Source of the DNA: Ranitomeya imitator
Taxonomy: Eukaryota
Length of the DNA stretch: 64,000 nucleotides
Assembly: GCF_032444005.1 (NCBI RefSeq)
Contig: NC_091291.1
Coordinates: 134,726,001 to 134,790,000, forward strand
Direction of reading: 5' to 3'
A model generated the notes under the pieces. That model ran no database searches and was not told where the DNA came from. It worked only from the letters and a program-made list of their open reading frames with translations. Of this stretch, positions 12,540-23,849 are shown in pieces. The translations under genes and the position numbers were made by a program. The stretch's first letter is position 1, and each line of letters opens with the position of its first letter.

Positions 12540-13660
12540 TGGTTAAAGTTTTGTACTGGAGTCTAAGGGCAATGAGGAGCCGATGAAGGGATTGACAGAG
12601 AGTAGGGGAATAGCGGGGGGACAGGTGGATTAGTCGGGCAGCAGAGTTTAGAATAGATTGGAGGGGTGCGAGAGTGTTCGAGGGGAGGCCACAGAGCAGG
12701 AGGTTGCAGTAGTCAAGGCGGGAGATAATGAGGGCATGGATTGGGGTTTTTGCAGATTCTTGGTTAAGTAATGTAGGGATCTGGGAAATATTTTGGAGTT
12801 GGAGTCGGCAGTGGTAGAAAGGGTTTGGATGTGTGCTTTGAAAGAGAGATCAGTGTCAAGGATTACCCCGAGGCAGCGAGCTTGTGGGACTGGGGAGAGT
12901 GAGCAGCCATTGACTTTGCTGGCCAGGTCTGTTGGGTGTGTTGAGTGAGATGGGGGAAAGATGATGAATTCTGTTTTGTCAATGTTAACTTTTAGAAATT
13001 GAGCAGAGAAGAAGGATGGAATAGCAGACAGACATTGTAGGATGCTGGTTAGAAAGGAGGCAATGTCAGGTCCAGAGAGATAGATCGGTGTCATCAGCAT
13101 AGAGGTGATACTGAAAGCCATGGGACTCTATGAGCTGTCCTGGGCTGAATGTGTAGATGGAGAAGAGCAGGGGCCCTAGAACTGAACCTTGCGTGACATC
13201 GACAGATAAGGGGTGAGATGAAGAGGTGGTGCGTGAGTGGGAGACTCTGAATGTCCGGTCTGTTAGGTAAGAGGAGATCCAAGATACGGCCAAGTCTGTG
13301 ATGCCAAGAGATGAGAGGGTCTGTAGTAAGAGGGAATGGTCCACTGGGTTGAAGGCAGAGGACAGGTCCAGGAGGAGGAGGACGGAGTAGTGTCGCTTAG
13401 CTTTGGCGGTTAGTAGGTCATTAGTGATTATAGTCGGGACAGATTCAGTCGAGTGATGCGGTCATATAGGGAGCAGGAGGAGAGATGATAGGACAGTTCA
13501 AGATGGACGTGTTGTTTCAGTATTTTTGATTCATAGGGGAGAAGTGATATGGGGCGATAGCTAGACACAGAGGATGGGTGTGATTGAGGCATGTTTGATG
13601 CATGAGAGGAAAGCACCAGTTATTAGTGATGGCTGAAGAGATGGGTTAGGGTTGGGAAGA
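12540..13660 (-). mobile_element. Degenerate L2 LINE fragment
   Basis: ORFs 12648..13121, 13066..13344 and 13428..13616 are frameshifted L2 RT pieces ([17 protein letters not shown]). Confidence 0.85.
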
Positions 13661-14999
13661 AGACTGAGGATTTAGCCAGCTTCAGAGCAGTGCTCGCAGG
13701 AGCTACAGCAGATCATGCAAGTACTCTGCTCCTTGATTACGGGATCGGCCACCGCTGATGGGCTGCAGAGGTGGCCGGTAACATTGTCAAAGAGCAGAAA
13801 ACTTGAGAATGAAAAAGTTTGTTTTACCAGCAGGTTGCGATTTTACCCATTTAAGAAAATGAGACGAAGCTGGCCAAATATATGAGCTAGCTACTTGCTA
13901 AGCTGACAAGTTTATTCAGTAGGAAAGAGGGAGTCAGGCTGCTGCGAAACCATTCACTTCCGTGGGTGTAAATGGAGAAACGCTACAGATATTGTGAGAA
14001 CCGTGGCCTCAAATCTGACCAATGGAATCATCAGCCTGGAGGTTGTATGAATTTGTGTGAGATTCTCCGGTTTCCGCCAAACACTCCAGAAACATACAAT
14101 ACTGAAAGTTTAAGTAATAGCCTGTGTACATTGCTACAGAATATGTTGGTGCTATGTATATAAAGTAATTATATGTGTTATATATGCAAATAAAGATATG
14201 ATCGTGCGGTTTAAACTAGTACTCCGCGAGCTGCAACAGAAAATTATGACATTTCTATATAGAACTTCTAAGCGTCATCCACTTGTTGGAAAAGAGACAA
14301 GGCCACAACAGACATCCAAAAAAGTCACAAAAGAGTATACGGGGCCCGAACTCTTCTTTACTAGTGCAGATCTCACAATGTGAACTTTGGCGCCATCTAT
14401 TGTAGAGTCTGTGGTACTGACACCACTACATTCAGCATGGACCCACCATAGAGGAATCCCACGGCACTGCTATGAGTCCAGCACTGAGAATGGGATGGGG
14501 TCCAAAATTCTTATTCTATTTTTTCTTTTTTTTTTAAAAAAAGGGTCCAACCAACCCAGAGTTTTTAGACAAAGCCAAGAATTCATCCACTGAGGATGCA
14601 ACCTGTTCAGAAATACTGGCACACCGCTTATACTGCGTGCTGACATTACCGGGGCTATAACCATCTAACCACCATTAGATCCATGCTAAGATTAAGGTTT
14701 CTGTGTATGACCCTGGTTTCATAAATCCTGCAGGATTAGATGCCTGCACCGAGCTAATGAAGTACAATATCCTTGTGGGCAGCGGGTGCACAGGCAGAGG
14801 GCACAGGTCCTATGTGCGGATGTCAGAGCAGGGCACCATGATGCAACTGGATTTTAGTGTATTTATATCATGTGTCAGTTTGGGATATCAAGACCCCTGG
14901 TTAGCCTGACACTTACCTCTACAAATCAGGCATGAAAAAAAATCATTCATCTGAAATTAACCAAAAACGATTAAAAAAAAGGGGTCAAAACACCATCTC

Positions 15000-15361
15000 T
15001 TAGATCTGATGAGACTGGTGTACTTACTATATGGGAAACAAAAAATAATAATGTCATAACGACTGTATTTGAGCATATTTTAATCCATCCCTGGCTCAGG
15101 ATAAGAGCATGTGCACACATTGAGTATTTGGTGAGTTTTTTTTACCCCAGTATCTGTAGGCCAAAACCAGGAGTGGAAGAGTCAGAGCTAAAGCATAATA
15201 GAAACATTTGCACCCCTTCAGCATTTATCACCCATTCCTGGTTTTGGCTTACAAATACTGGGGTAAAAAAAACGCACCAAATACTGAATGTGTGCATTCG
15301 GCCTAATACAGCCATTCTAAATGGAACTTCAAAGTAAGTATATCAGCCTCATCAGGTCTAA
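15000..15361. mobile_element. MITE with ~27-bp TIRs
   Basis: Left ttagatctgatgagactggtgtactta matches the reverse complement of right taagtatatcagcctcatcaggtctaa. Confidence 0.55.
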
Positions 15362-16295
15362 TACATCTGATTAATAGCGTATACAGCTTGCATCACGACA
15401 CCTGGTGACAGATCCGCATTCATACAGTTGTCAGTATTATTATATGGCGCTCTAGACCACATTATCCTCATACCAGCAGGGGGCACTCTTAGGCTGCCTT
15501 TACACTCACAGATTACCGTGAACGAGCGCTCTTTAAAAGGAGATTATCTTTAATTTTAAAGAGGCTGTCCATCACTCGTTAGATGAGAAAAATGTTCATT
15601 CATCGGGTGAAATGATCTTTTGCAGAAGATCCTTGTATTCCGTGGTGCATCTTCCTGTGCAGACGGGACTTGTACGACCGCGAACCGCCGCAGCACGCAC
15701 GCACTGAGCCGTCCATTACAGGTTGGGGGCTCTAGTACTTTGGTGGCAGAAATGATAAAAGAATTTGCCGTCTTCCGCTAAGCTCAGTTCACTTTTCAAA
15801 AAAAGTGCCAAAAGTAGCAAAGTTTTTGCCCAACTACAAGTTGTACTCGTCACATTTGAAAAGTTTTTTTCCCTCCAGATTGTCCGTTACGTTCCTCGGC
15901 GTTCATTTTTTAATTGTTAAATTATTTTTTTCGATTGATTCAGACGTCAAATCTGAAACATTTTTTTTTTAAGCCGATGCGCCTCAGAAATTGGAATGTT
16001 GCTTCTCTGTCCACGTGGAAAATAAAACAGCACCAATGTGCACTCTAGGTGCGTTTTTCTATGGAAATGAGTAGGACGCTTGTTCAAAGAGTTATGTGAA
16101 GTGGTAGTAAATGTGGATTTTGGTGCCAAATTCTTTCCAAAACGTTTTTTTTTTTTCAAGGATTCGTGCATATGACGTCTTTTTCAGTAGATCGCCTGAA
16201 AAAAAAAAAAAAAAACCCCCGCAAAAGTGGTGCTGAAGAGGAATATTAAAAACAATATTGCTGCGCATGTGTTCAGTCTATTGTTACCTCTTTTT

Positions 16296-16673
16296 AGGCT
16301 GTGTGCGCACGTTGCGGATTTAGTGCAGATCAGCAGCGTTTTTTTTCCACGCAGAAACGCTGCAGATCCGCAAAGTGATTTACAGTACATTGTAAATCAA
16401 CAGGAAAAAAAAAATGCAGTGCTGATGGTGCGGAAAATTCCGCATGGAAAACGCAGCGGATTGAAAGAAGGAGCATGTCACTTGTTTTGTGCGGATCTGC
16501 CGCGTTACTGCACCCTTCCATTATAGAAATCCACAGGGGTAAAAAAAACGCATAAAATCCGCAACAAAGACGCGCAAAATCCGCATCAAATCTGCACCTG
16601 CGTTTTCTGCCAGGAGATGCAGATTTTGTGCAAAAACTTCTGCACCCCAATCTGCAACGTGTGCACATAGCCT
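16296..16673. mobile_element. TTAA-type (T2/Kolobok-like) MITE
   Basis: TIRs aggctgtgtgcgcacgttgcggatt / aatctgcaacgtgtgcacatagcct; internal GCGGAT repeats. Confidence 0.7.
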
Positions 16674-16760
16674 AACTGTCTCAGTTAAAAGAAGTAGCAT
16701 TTTTATTGCTTGTATAGTGAAACCGCCACAAAATGACGCTAAACCCATCAGTTTTCCTTA

Positions 16761-17152
16761 AGGCTATGTGCACACGTTGCGGATTAGGCTTAGGAATTTC
16801 TGGTGCGAATTCTGCCTCTCCTGGCAGAAAACGCACCTGCGGATTTGTCGCGTTTTTTGTGCGGTTCCGCAGCGTTTTTTGTGCGTTTGTGCTGCGGGTT
16901 TCTTGCGGATTTGCTGTGGGTTTTTTTCCCCTGCGGTTTTCTATAATGGAATGGGTACAAAAACGCTGCAGATTCACAAAAAAGAAGTGACATGCTTATT
17001 CTTTTGAACCGCAGCATTTCCGCAAAGTGTGCACAGCATTTTTTTCTCGTTGATTTACATTGTACTGTAAATCAATTGCGGATCTGCAGCGTTTATACAC
17101 TGCAAAAAACGCTGCGGATCCGCAGAGAATCCGCAACGTGTGCACATACCCT
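16761..17152. mobile_element. Second copy of the same MITE family
   Basis: TIRs aggctatgtgcacacgttgcggatt / aatccgcaacgtgtgcacataccct. Confidence 0.7.
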
Positions 17153-17282
17153 AAGCGTTTCCATTGGCAGAACAAAGACATAATGCGCACATACCCCAAC
17201 CTGCATAGAATGGTCATGAGATCCTAGCCTACATGTGGTCAGATCCCTCTGTGAGCTCCCGGTGATTAGTGTCATCTAGATC

Positions 17283-17361
17283 CACCTGTGGCGGTAAGAC
17301 TACTCCTATATAATCCTCCATCACAGAGCTGAGTGCTACATCAGAGGAAGCTTGTACTCAG
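17283..17361 (+). promoter_or_regulatory. Putative BTG4 core promoter and short non-coding exon 1
   Basis: E-box CACCTG 17283-17288, TATATAA 17307-17313, donor CTCAG|GTGAGG at 17361/17362; acceptor CACAG| at 18555 precedes the ATG exon. Inferred, no transcript data. Confidence 0.4.
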
Positions 17362-17820
17362 GTGAGGATGGAGACAAGTGGCTCCTTGTGAGCAGAGGCT
17401 AACAGGTTGTGGAGTCTCATGGACGGTTTTGCCCTTCTGCGAAAATGTAGACGTTTTCTAAGACTGAAAGTTGGTTTCATGGGCTTGTTTCTGATGACTG
17501 GGAATGGTTGCAGGTTGTGCTGAGAACTTAAATTTTGCAGGCTACCCACTGCAGCCCAAAGAGGGAATATACAAGTCCATGCACAGTGGACATTAACCTT
17601 CTCTTTTTTTTTTTTTTTTTGCACAAGTGACACTTTCTGCAGTGGACCAACATGAATATCTGTTGCAGGTTTTGGCTTATAATTGGAGGAAAAGTATACT
17701 AGGAAACCTGTCACTGCTTTTCACCCATCCCCGGCTTTGGCTTACAAATGTTGAACAAAGCTTTAGAGAACTGCCATCCTCCTGATCAATAGGAGCCCTA
17801 AAGATTTATTAGCACATACT

Positions 17821-18146
17821 AAGCTACTTTCTCACCAGCGTCGGATTCGGCCCGTCGCACTGCATCCGCTGCCCCATTGGGAGGTGGGGGCAGAGTTCCG
17901 GCTGCGCATGCGCGGTCGGAAAAAGCGGTCTTTAGGCAGCAAATAAACGTTACATTTAACGTTTTTTGCTCCCGGCGGTCTGCCACAACACGGCGCAACC
18001 GTCGCACGACAGTTGCGACGTGTGACAATGTGTCGGTAATGTTACTCTATGGGGCAAAAACGCATCCTGCAAACAACTTTGCAGGATGCGTTTTTTCCCC
18101 TAAACGACGCATTGCGATGTATTAAAAGCCAGTGTGAAAGTAGCCT
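17821..18146. mobile_element. MITE in putative BTG4 intron 1
   Basis: TIRs aagctactttctcacc / gtgtgaaagtagcct. Confidence 0.65.
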
Positions 18147-18592
18147 TAGATACTTATTGGTCTTATTGTGGCCCATTGGGTAGGTTGTCCGGCAATGTGG
18201 CCCTTGGACTGTAGAGGGAAGGGTAGGGACTCTCCATATCCCAAAAGATGAATGTGTAGTAGTAAAAAAAAAAAAAAAACCCTAACAATTAAACCCTGAA
18301 TGCACTGGAGAATCAGATGATCAAAGCCCTGTTCACACTGCAAGTCGACCATGTGTGCGCTGTCTTTCCCTTTCTGACATAACTGCAGCACATGCTCACT
18401 GGAATCCTGTGTTCAAAGGGTTAACAGCACCAAAGCAACAGGGGATAAGTAACATGCAACGTATTAAAGTGCCGCTTCTTCAAATGCCTTGTGTACTTGT
18501 TCAGTCTTCTGCAATAATTCAGTAAAAAAATGCCCCGTTTTATTCCCCTCCACAGCTCTTCCATCACCCAGTGTCATTTACTAAATTAAATA

Positions 18593-18765
18593 ATGAAGGA
18601 AGAAATTGCCGCCACCGTTGTCTTCATCACGATGCTGGTGAAGAAGCACCAGAAGCTGAGCAAGCAGAAAATAGAAAAGTTCGGTGCCAAACTGACGACC
18701 ATCCTATTTGCAAGATATAAATCCCACTGGTATACAGAAAATCCATCAAAAGGACAAGCTTTTCG
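18593..18765 (+). CDS. BTG4: BTG4 coding exon 1
   Basis: ATG 18593; ends TTTCG|GTAAG; 173 nt. Confidence 0.95.
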
Positions 18766-20084
18766 GTAAGATGGTTGAGATGATCGCTACACCTCTCCCA
18801 ATATATAGTTTCTCTTTAATCCTCTACATACTGTCTAACTGCAGATATTAGGGACTTGTGATTGGAGAAGGAAGCAGACTTCTGATATCGCAAGTTTCTT
18901 ATCTCCCAACCCTCCAACATATAGTAGTTTTGGTGGCCACATTGCCAATATGAGTTACTTGGAGGCCAAAGTACCGTAATTGTATAGCAATGTCCTGCTT
19001 ACCTGCTTGGTAAAAGGCAAAATCTCTTCCAGATGCATAAGAATTAATAAGTGTCAGTCGGTTGACTCAGTCTTGGAGCAAACCTGTGCCGAGAGCGACG
19101 TAGACTTTGAGGATCTTGGATTGCCAAAGGAAATGACCATCTGGGTGGATCCGTTTGAAGTCTGCTGTAGGTAGGTGGTGGAGTGTGTTTTGCATAGCTA
19201 GTGAGAAGTATGAAGACAAAACTCATGTTCTACTTCTGCACAGATATGGTGAGAAAAACAACCCGTTCACAATCGCAAGCTTCATGGGTAAAGATGATTG
19301 TAACGTGTCAAAGAGAATTAGCACCGCCGTAGAGAAGGCCACTTCTGACTATCACTCCGGGACGTCTTCGGATGAAGAGACTTCTGTAAAAGAACCGAAG
19401 ATCATCCCTACTGTGAGCAATCCCAAGAGTATCTACCGGGCACACCCGAAGGTATGGAGGTCTTCACTTATGGCTTACTGTGCTATAGCAATGATGCGCC
19501 GTAGGTTTGGCTTTCTAAAAGGGACTGTCGGCACAGAATGACTGTTAAAAACTAGGTCCTGACTCTCGGCGCTTCACAGCAGAGCTGGCCACTTGGATAC
19601 CTTTTCCCTCAATCACCCCCTCATTTCACTACCAGCTCTGGTGTTATTGAGACAGCAGTGTGGGGAGTGTATGTAAAGGTTTGCCTCCGCCTTGAAGCAC
19701 CGAGCGCCTGTAACTAGTTTGAACAGTCATTCTGTGAAGTCTTGGCACAAAATGATCAACCAATGCGCAGGTGCTATGCCACAAATACTGTAACGCTGCC
19801 TTTCTCCATTGGTGGAAACCCAATATGGCTCCTTTTGTTTAGGTCTTCATGTTGCACTACTGTCTGTACCCCATAACCCTGTCCTGTCTCTCTTGCAGTG
19901 CACAGAATACAGCCAACCTACCCAAACCTGGTCCCAATTCCCTCGTCGAAAGAACTACCCAAATGATGGCTACCACCAGCCCCAGCCTGCGGGTTACTAT
20001 CCTCAGCACAGAGCCTACAAACCCTACAGAAAGGCCGCCGGCCCTCGCCTTGACCGATATCACTGGGTGAACACAAAACGATGA
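18593..20084 (+). CDS. BTG4: BTG4 (maternal B9.15-like, BTG/Tob family), ~234 aa; join(18593..18765,19033..19170,19244..19451,19899..20084)
   Basis: [30 protein letters not shown] start; Box [20 protein letters not shown]; Box [21 protein letters not shown]; BTG4-type [20 protein letters not shown] and C-terminal [14 protein letters not shown] introns with consistent phases; total 705 nt. Confidence 0.95.
19033..19170 (+). CDS. BTG4: BTG4 coding exon 2
   Basis: CCAG|A TGC ATA AGA...TGT AG|GTAGG; 138 nt; CIRINK...VCC. Confidence 0.95.
19244..19451 (+). CDS. BTG4: BTG4 coding exon 3
   Basis: CAG|A TAT GGT GAG...CCG AAG|GTATGG. The 3' end could alternatively be 19439 (non-canonical GC donor). 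Confidence 0.85.
19899..20084 (+). CDS. BTG4: BTG4 coding exon 4
   Basis: TTGCAG|TGC ACA GAA TAC...CGA TGA; CTEYSQP...[10 protein letters not shown]. Confidence 0.92.
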   Translation, partial: CTEYSQPTQTWSQFPRRKNYPNDGYHQPQPAGYYPQHRAYKPYRKAAGPRLDRYHWVNTKR

Positions 20085-20125
20085 CAAGAAAATGACCTGG
20101 TTTTAGAAAAAAAGTGGTGCTCTGA

Positions 20126-20227
20126 TTTTATACAATGTTTTTATGAAAACTGACTATTTATATTTTTATGTTTTGTTCTGTGACATGATCTATGCACTGA
20201 CATTTTTATTTTTAACAAATGAATAAA
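20126..20227 (+). promoter_or_regulatory. BTG4 3'UTR cytoplasmic polyadenylation elements and poly(A) signal
   Basis: TTTTAT/TTTTTAT at 20126, 20138, 20163 and 20203; AATAAA at 20222-20227. Confidence 0.75.
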
Positions 20228-21798
20228 TTAAGTAATTCTTTTATTTCTTACTGGCTTGATCTGTGTATATGGTGACAGATTCCCTTATACTTCTAATTGC
20301 ATAGCTCCCCACCGTGAAATGGTCACTCTTGGTACTGCAGCTCCTATATCAGCTGCTGTATGTCTGGCAGGGACTGATGCACAGGGGCCCAAGATGTAAC
20401 TGGGCCCATTTCCACAGCCAAAGCAGGTGGCCTACAAAAGGTTCATATACTGATCTTGATCTCTCATGCCTGGCCACTTCAGGCCCTGCTGTGTGGAGTT
20501 TTGGAACCCCCTCCAATTCAGCATTGATCTCCACAAATAGAAGTCCTGGATAATTCATTCTTACACTTTTAAGAAACCGCTCTATGCCGGACCATGGTCT
20601 GTCTGGTATTGTAACTTTGGAGCACAGCTGGTATGCCACTGGCAAGGGTGGTGCAGTTTCTGATCTCAGGTGACACAACTAAATTGGACCTACTCACTTA
20701 AATGGGTGTACCGGCTCTAGGTCTTCACACCTAGCATCAAGACTTATTATGATGTTGGAGACTTAACGTCCTATAGAAGGATAAGTGTCCTATGTAGGTC
20801 AACTGAGATGTTGGGACAACACGGCTAGACTTGGTACATTGACATAACTGATATCACAAACAGTTGGATGACAACCTACAAAAATATGCTTGCACCTGAT
20901 ATCTTGGCATGTTCATCTACTGTAAGTGGTACAAATGACCGTGTCTCTGGACACCTGATACAGACTGTATTCATGGCCACCCACCTGTATCACTTCACAA
21001 GGTGAGAACAACGCTCTTGGCTGTAATGACTCGGGTGCTATTTAATAGTTCATGTAGGGGAACTTCCTTGTAACATTGAAGCCATAAGGAGAATCGGGAG
21101 CCACAGAAGTAGGGCATCTTGATCCTGAGCTCAACTGTGTTACTGGATTTTTAGGGAAAAATTCATCCATTGTAATTCCAAAAAAAAAAAAATATTTCAG
21201 AAGGGCAAGGTTTATTAAGCAATAATGAAGGCATGTATACTCTTCACCAGTTTCTAGATCAGCTACAGACTTAAAATCCACTACATGTGGATGGGGCCGT
21301 TTACAGCCTCCGGTGCAGATACTGAAGCTGTCTACTTTCCACCAACTTGCTCAATTTTCATCAACTCTTTAATGACTCCTCACGTTCTTCACCTCATCTG
21401 TGGCCTAAAATAAGCAAATGCTCTGTTAGACTCCACCTTTTTGACTCCAAATGTAATTTCTCAAGCCTGTCCTTTCCTTAATCTTGACTCAACAAAATTG
21501 TACTGCTTGCCCTAATCTCCGCTCTCCTGGACTACTGCAACATTTGTTCTTAGGTCTTCCGTCTAACTCTTGTGGTTCTCCAACTACCCATGTGAATCTC
21601 TTCACTGACCACAACCCAAAGAATTATACTGACTTAACCTGACCCCTTCCACACATCTCTGATGTAATCTCTTGTTCTCTCCCTCTTTTTACTCGCGCAG
21701 TCTTTCTCCTCTGCTTCCCTCATACTGTGGAGCTCGCTACCCAAAAGCCTCCTTCGCCGTCTAAATCTTTAAAAACAACACAAACACTCTTTTGTATA

Positions 21799-22177
21799 AA
21801 GGTACCTTCACACTGAGCAACTTTCCAACGAGAACGACAGCGATCCGTGACGTTGCGGCGTCCTGGATAGCGATCTCGTTGTGTTTGACACGCAGCAGCG
21901 ATCAGGATCCCGCTGTGCCATCGCTGGTCGTTGCTGGAAGTCTGGAACTTTATTTGGTCGGCGTGATTCGTCATGTTTGACAGCAAAAGCAACGATGCCT
22001 GCAATGGTTTTTCATGGAGCTAACAACCGGCGAGAACGATAAGTACGTCACTGGATCGCTCCTGCATCGTTCAGCTGTTGCCGGTGTTTGACGTCTCCTA
22101 GCGACCTAAACCGCGATGCTGCAGCGATCGGCTCATTGTCTATATCGCTGCAGCATCGCTTAATGTGACGGAACCTT
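21799..22177. mobile_element. T2/Kolobok-like MITE
   Basis: TIRs aaggtaccttcacact / atgtgacggaacctt; CG-rich internal CGCTG/AGCGA repeats; related to 58479-58927. Confidence 0.65.
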
Positions 22178-22633
22178 AAGTCTGCAAACTACAATGACTC
22201 CTACTGCCCCACCACCATATCCCTCACCTGCTGTCCTCTCCCCCTTCCTTCCAGGTCTCTGGAATAAAGGGTCTGTTAAAATATTTTGATTATTTATTTT
22301 TTTTAAATGGCAAAAAAAACACCTAAATCTTATAAACTGTCTGAAAGGCCCAAAGTAAAAAAACAAACAAACAAACAAAAAAAAAACACTTGTTAAACCA
22401 TACATATCCTGTAGCATTGTGTCTTTATATTTACAAGGCGTTGTTCGTCCATCCACATTTATATTACAGATTTAGCTGATATCTGTAAAGGAGAATTGTC
22501 TCCGCAACTTGATTCTGTCTGGTCAGGTGTCCTCTCTCCTGGGGAAAAAAAAAAAATACAGAAAAGATGAAATTACACCTGATTCCCATCTCCAATTACA
22601 TATTCGTGTAAAATCTACTGTCCTAATGTGTCA

Positions 22634-22717
22634 TATAAATATTCTGAGCCCCGAACCTGCGGATTCCAGAAGAATATGCCGCAGTGGAATGAGCAGGGGA
22701 ATCACTTGCCTGTCCCG
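22634..22717 (+). promoter_or_regulatory. Putative TATA box and non-coding exon 1 of ZP gene A
   Basis: TATAAA 22634-22639; donor CCCG|GTGAGT at 22717/22718; acceptor TTGCAG| at 23752 precedes the ATG at 23762. Confidence 0.45.
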
Positions 22718-23761
22718 GTGAGTAATTCTCATTGTTGACTTCAAAATACATTTATATTTGTATTATAATATTATATTTTCATATTAAGATATGGCGATTC
22801 TGCATCTCTTGGTAGGAAATAAGCTGCATAAAATACGTGTTTTTGATGCATTTTTTTTTTTTCATGCACAAATACGCAACATGTGCCTGAGACTTCAGGA
22901 ATCTCATTCCTTTTGGCACTAGAATATCCATGTTTTTTTGTGACAAATCTGCACAGAAAAGTGACAAAAACACGACAAATCTGCTACGTGTGCACAGGCC
23001 CTTATACTAAATTTGATTAACTTTCCTATTTATCTCATTCTGAATTTTATGCATTTAAGTTTTGAGAAATGTGTATTCAACATTTTTTTATATTTTTAAG
23101 TCTATAATATTTTCCTAAGGATTTCTATTTTATTACCATATTCCACAACCTGCAATTCTAAGACTTTATTTCTAATTACATTTCATTCTATATATTAATC
23201 ACCTAACTTTACTCTTAAATTGAGCCATATTTTATTTTCAGATTCGTAAAGGTTTGCAATCCATTGGGCTCACATCCTCTTTTATTTTTTCCCCTCCTCT
23301 CGTCTTTGCTAATAAAAAAAAACAGCTCAAATCTGTGATTTATGAATGATTCTATCATAATATTTTCTCGTCTTTGCTAATACTTAATAAAAACAGCCCA
23401 AATCTGTGACTTATGAATGAATCATAATATTGGAGCATTTTTTGGCATAAAATTCCACCGCTGCGTGATATACACCAACTTAACCATTTCCTTTTGTCTT
23501 GTACACCAAACTGGACTACAAACACCAATTTTTAGCATACAAATTGTGTAAAGTATTCTAACCCTGACTTGCATGTATTTTTATCATGATTATTATTTTG
23601 TTAAAATTTGCAATTTTCTCGTTTTTCACCACTTTTTTTTTTTTTATCGTATCGTATTCACGAGCAATCCATCCATATTGTATGTAACTTTTTTGGCATG
23701 GCGACGACATAAGTATAAATGTATTCTCATGGGTATATTTTGGTATTTGCAGATTTTGAAG

Positions 23762-23849
23762 ATGTATCTCGGCATAGTCCTGCTCATATTCTCCTACTTG
23801 GAGCCCCATAATTGTCAGACATGTTCCCCAGCGTATGACCGTCTACCGG
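23762..23849 (+). CDS. ZP gene A exon: signal peptide
   Basis: MYLGIVLLIFSYLEPHNCQTCSPAYDRLP; CCG G|GTAAG. Confidence 0.85.

Noticed and set aside
15006-15040. CTGATGA...GAAAC as a hammerhead
   Set aside because: CTGATGA is part of a MITE terminal inverted repeat; stems I-III do not form.
1-18500. miR-34b/c hairpins expected upstream of BTG4
   Set aside because: A manual scan found no AGGCAGTG-(T)AG/ATTAGCTGATTG or its reverse complement; they may lie outside the window, so absence is inconclusive.
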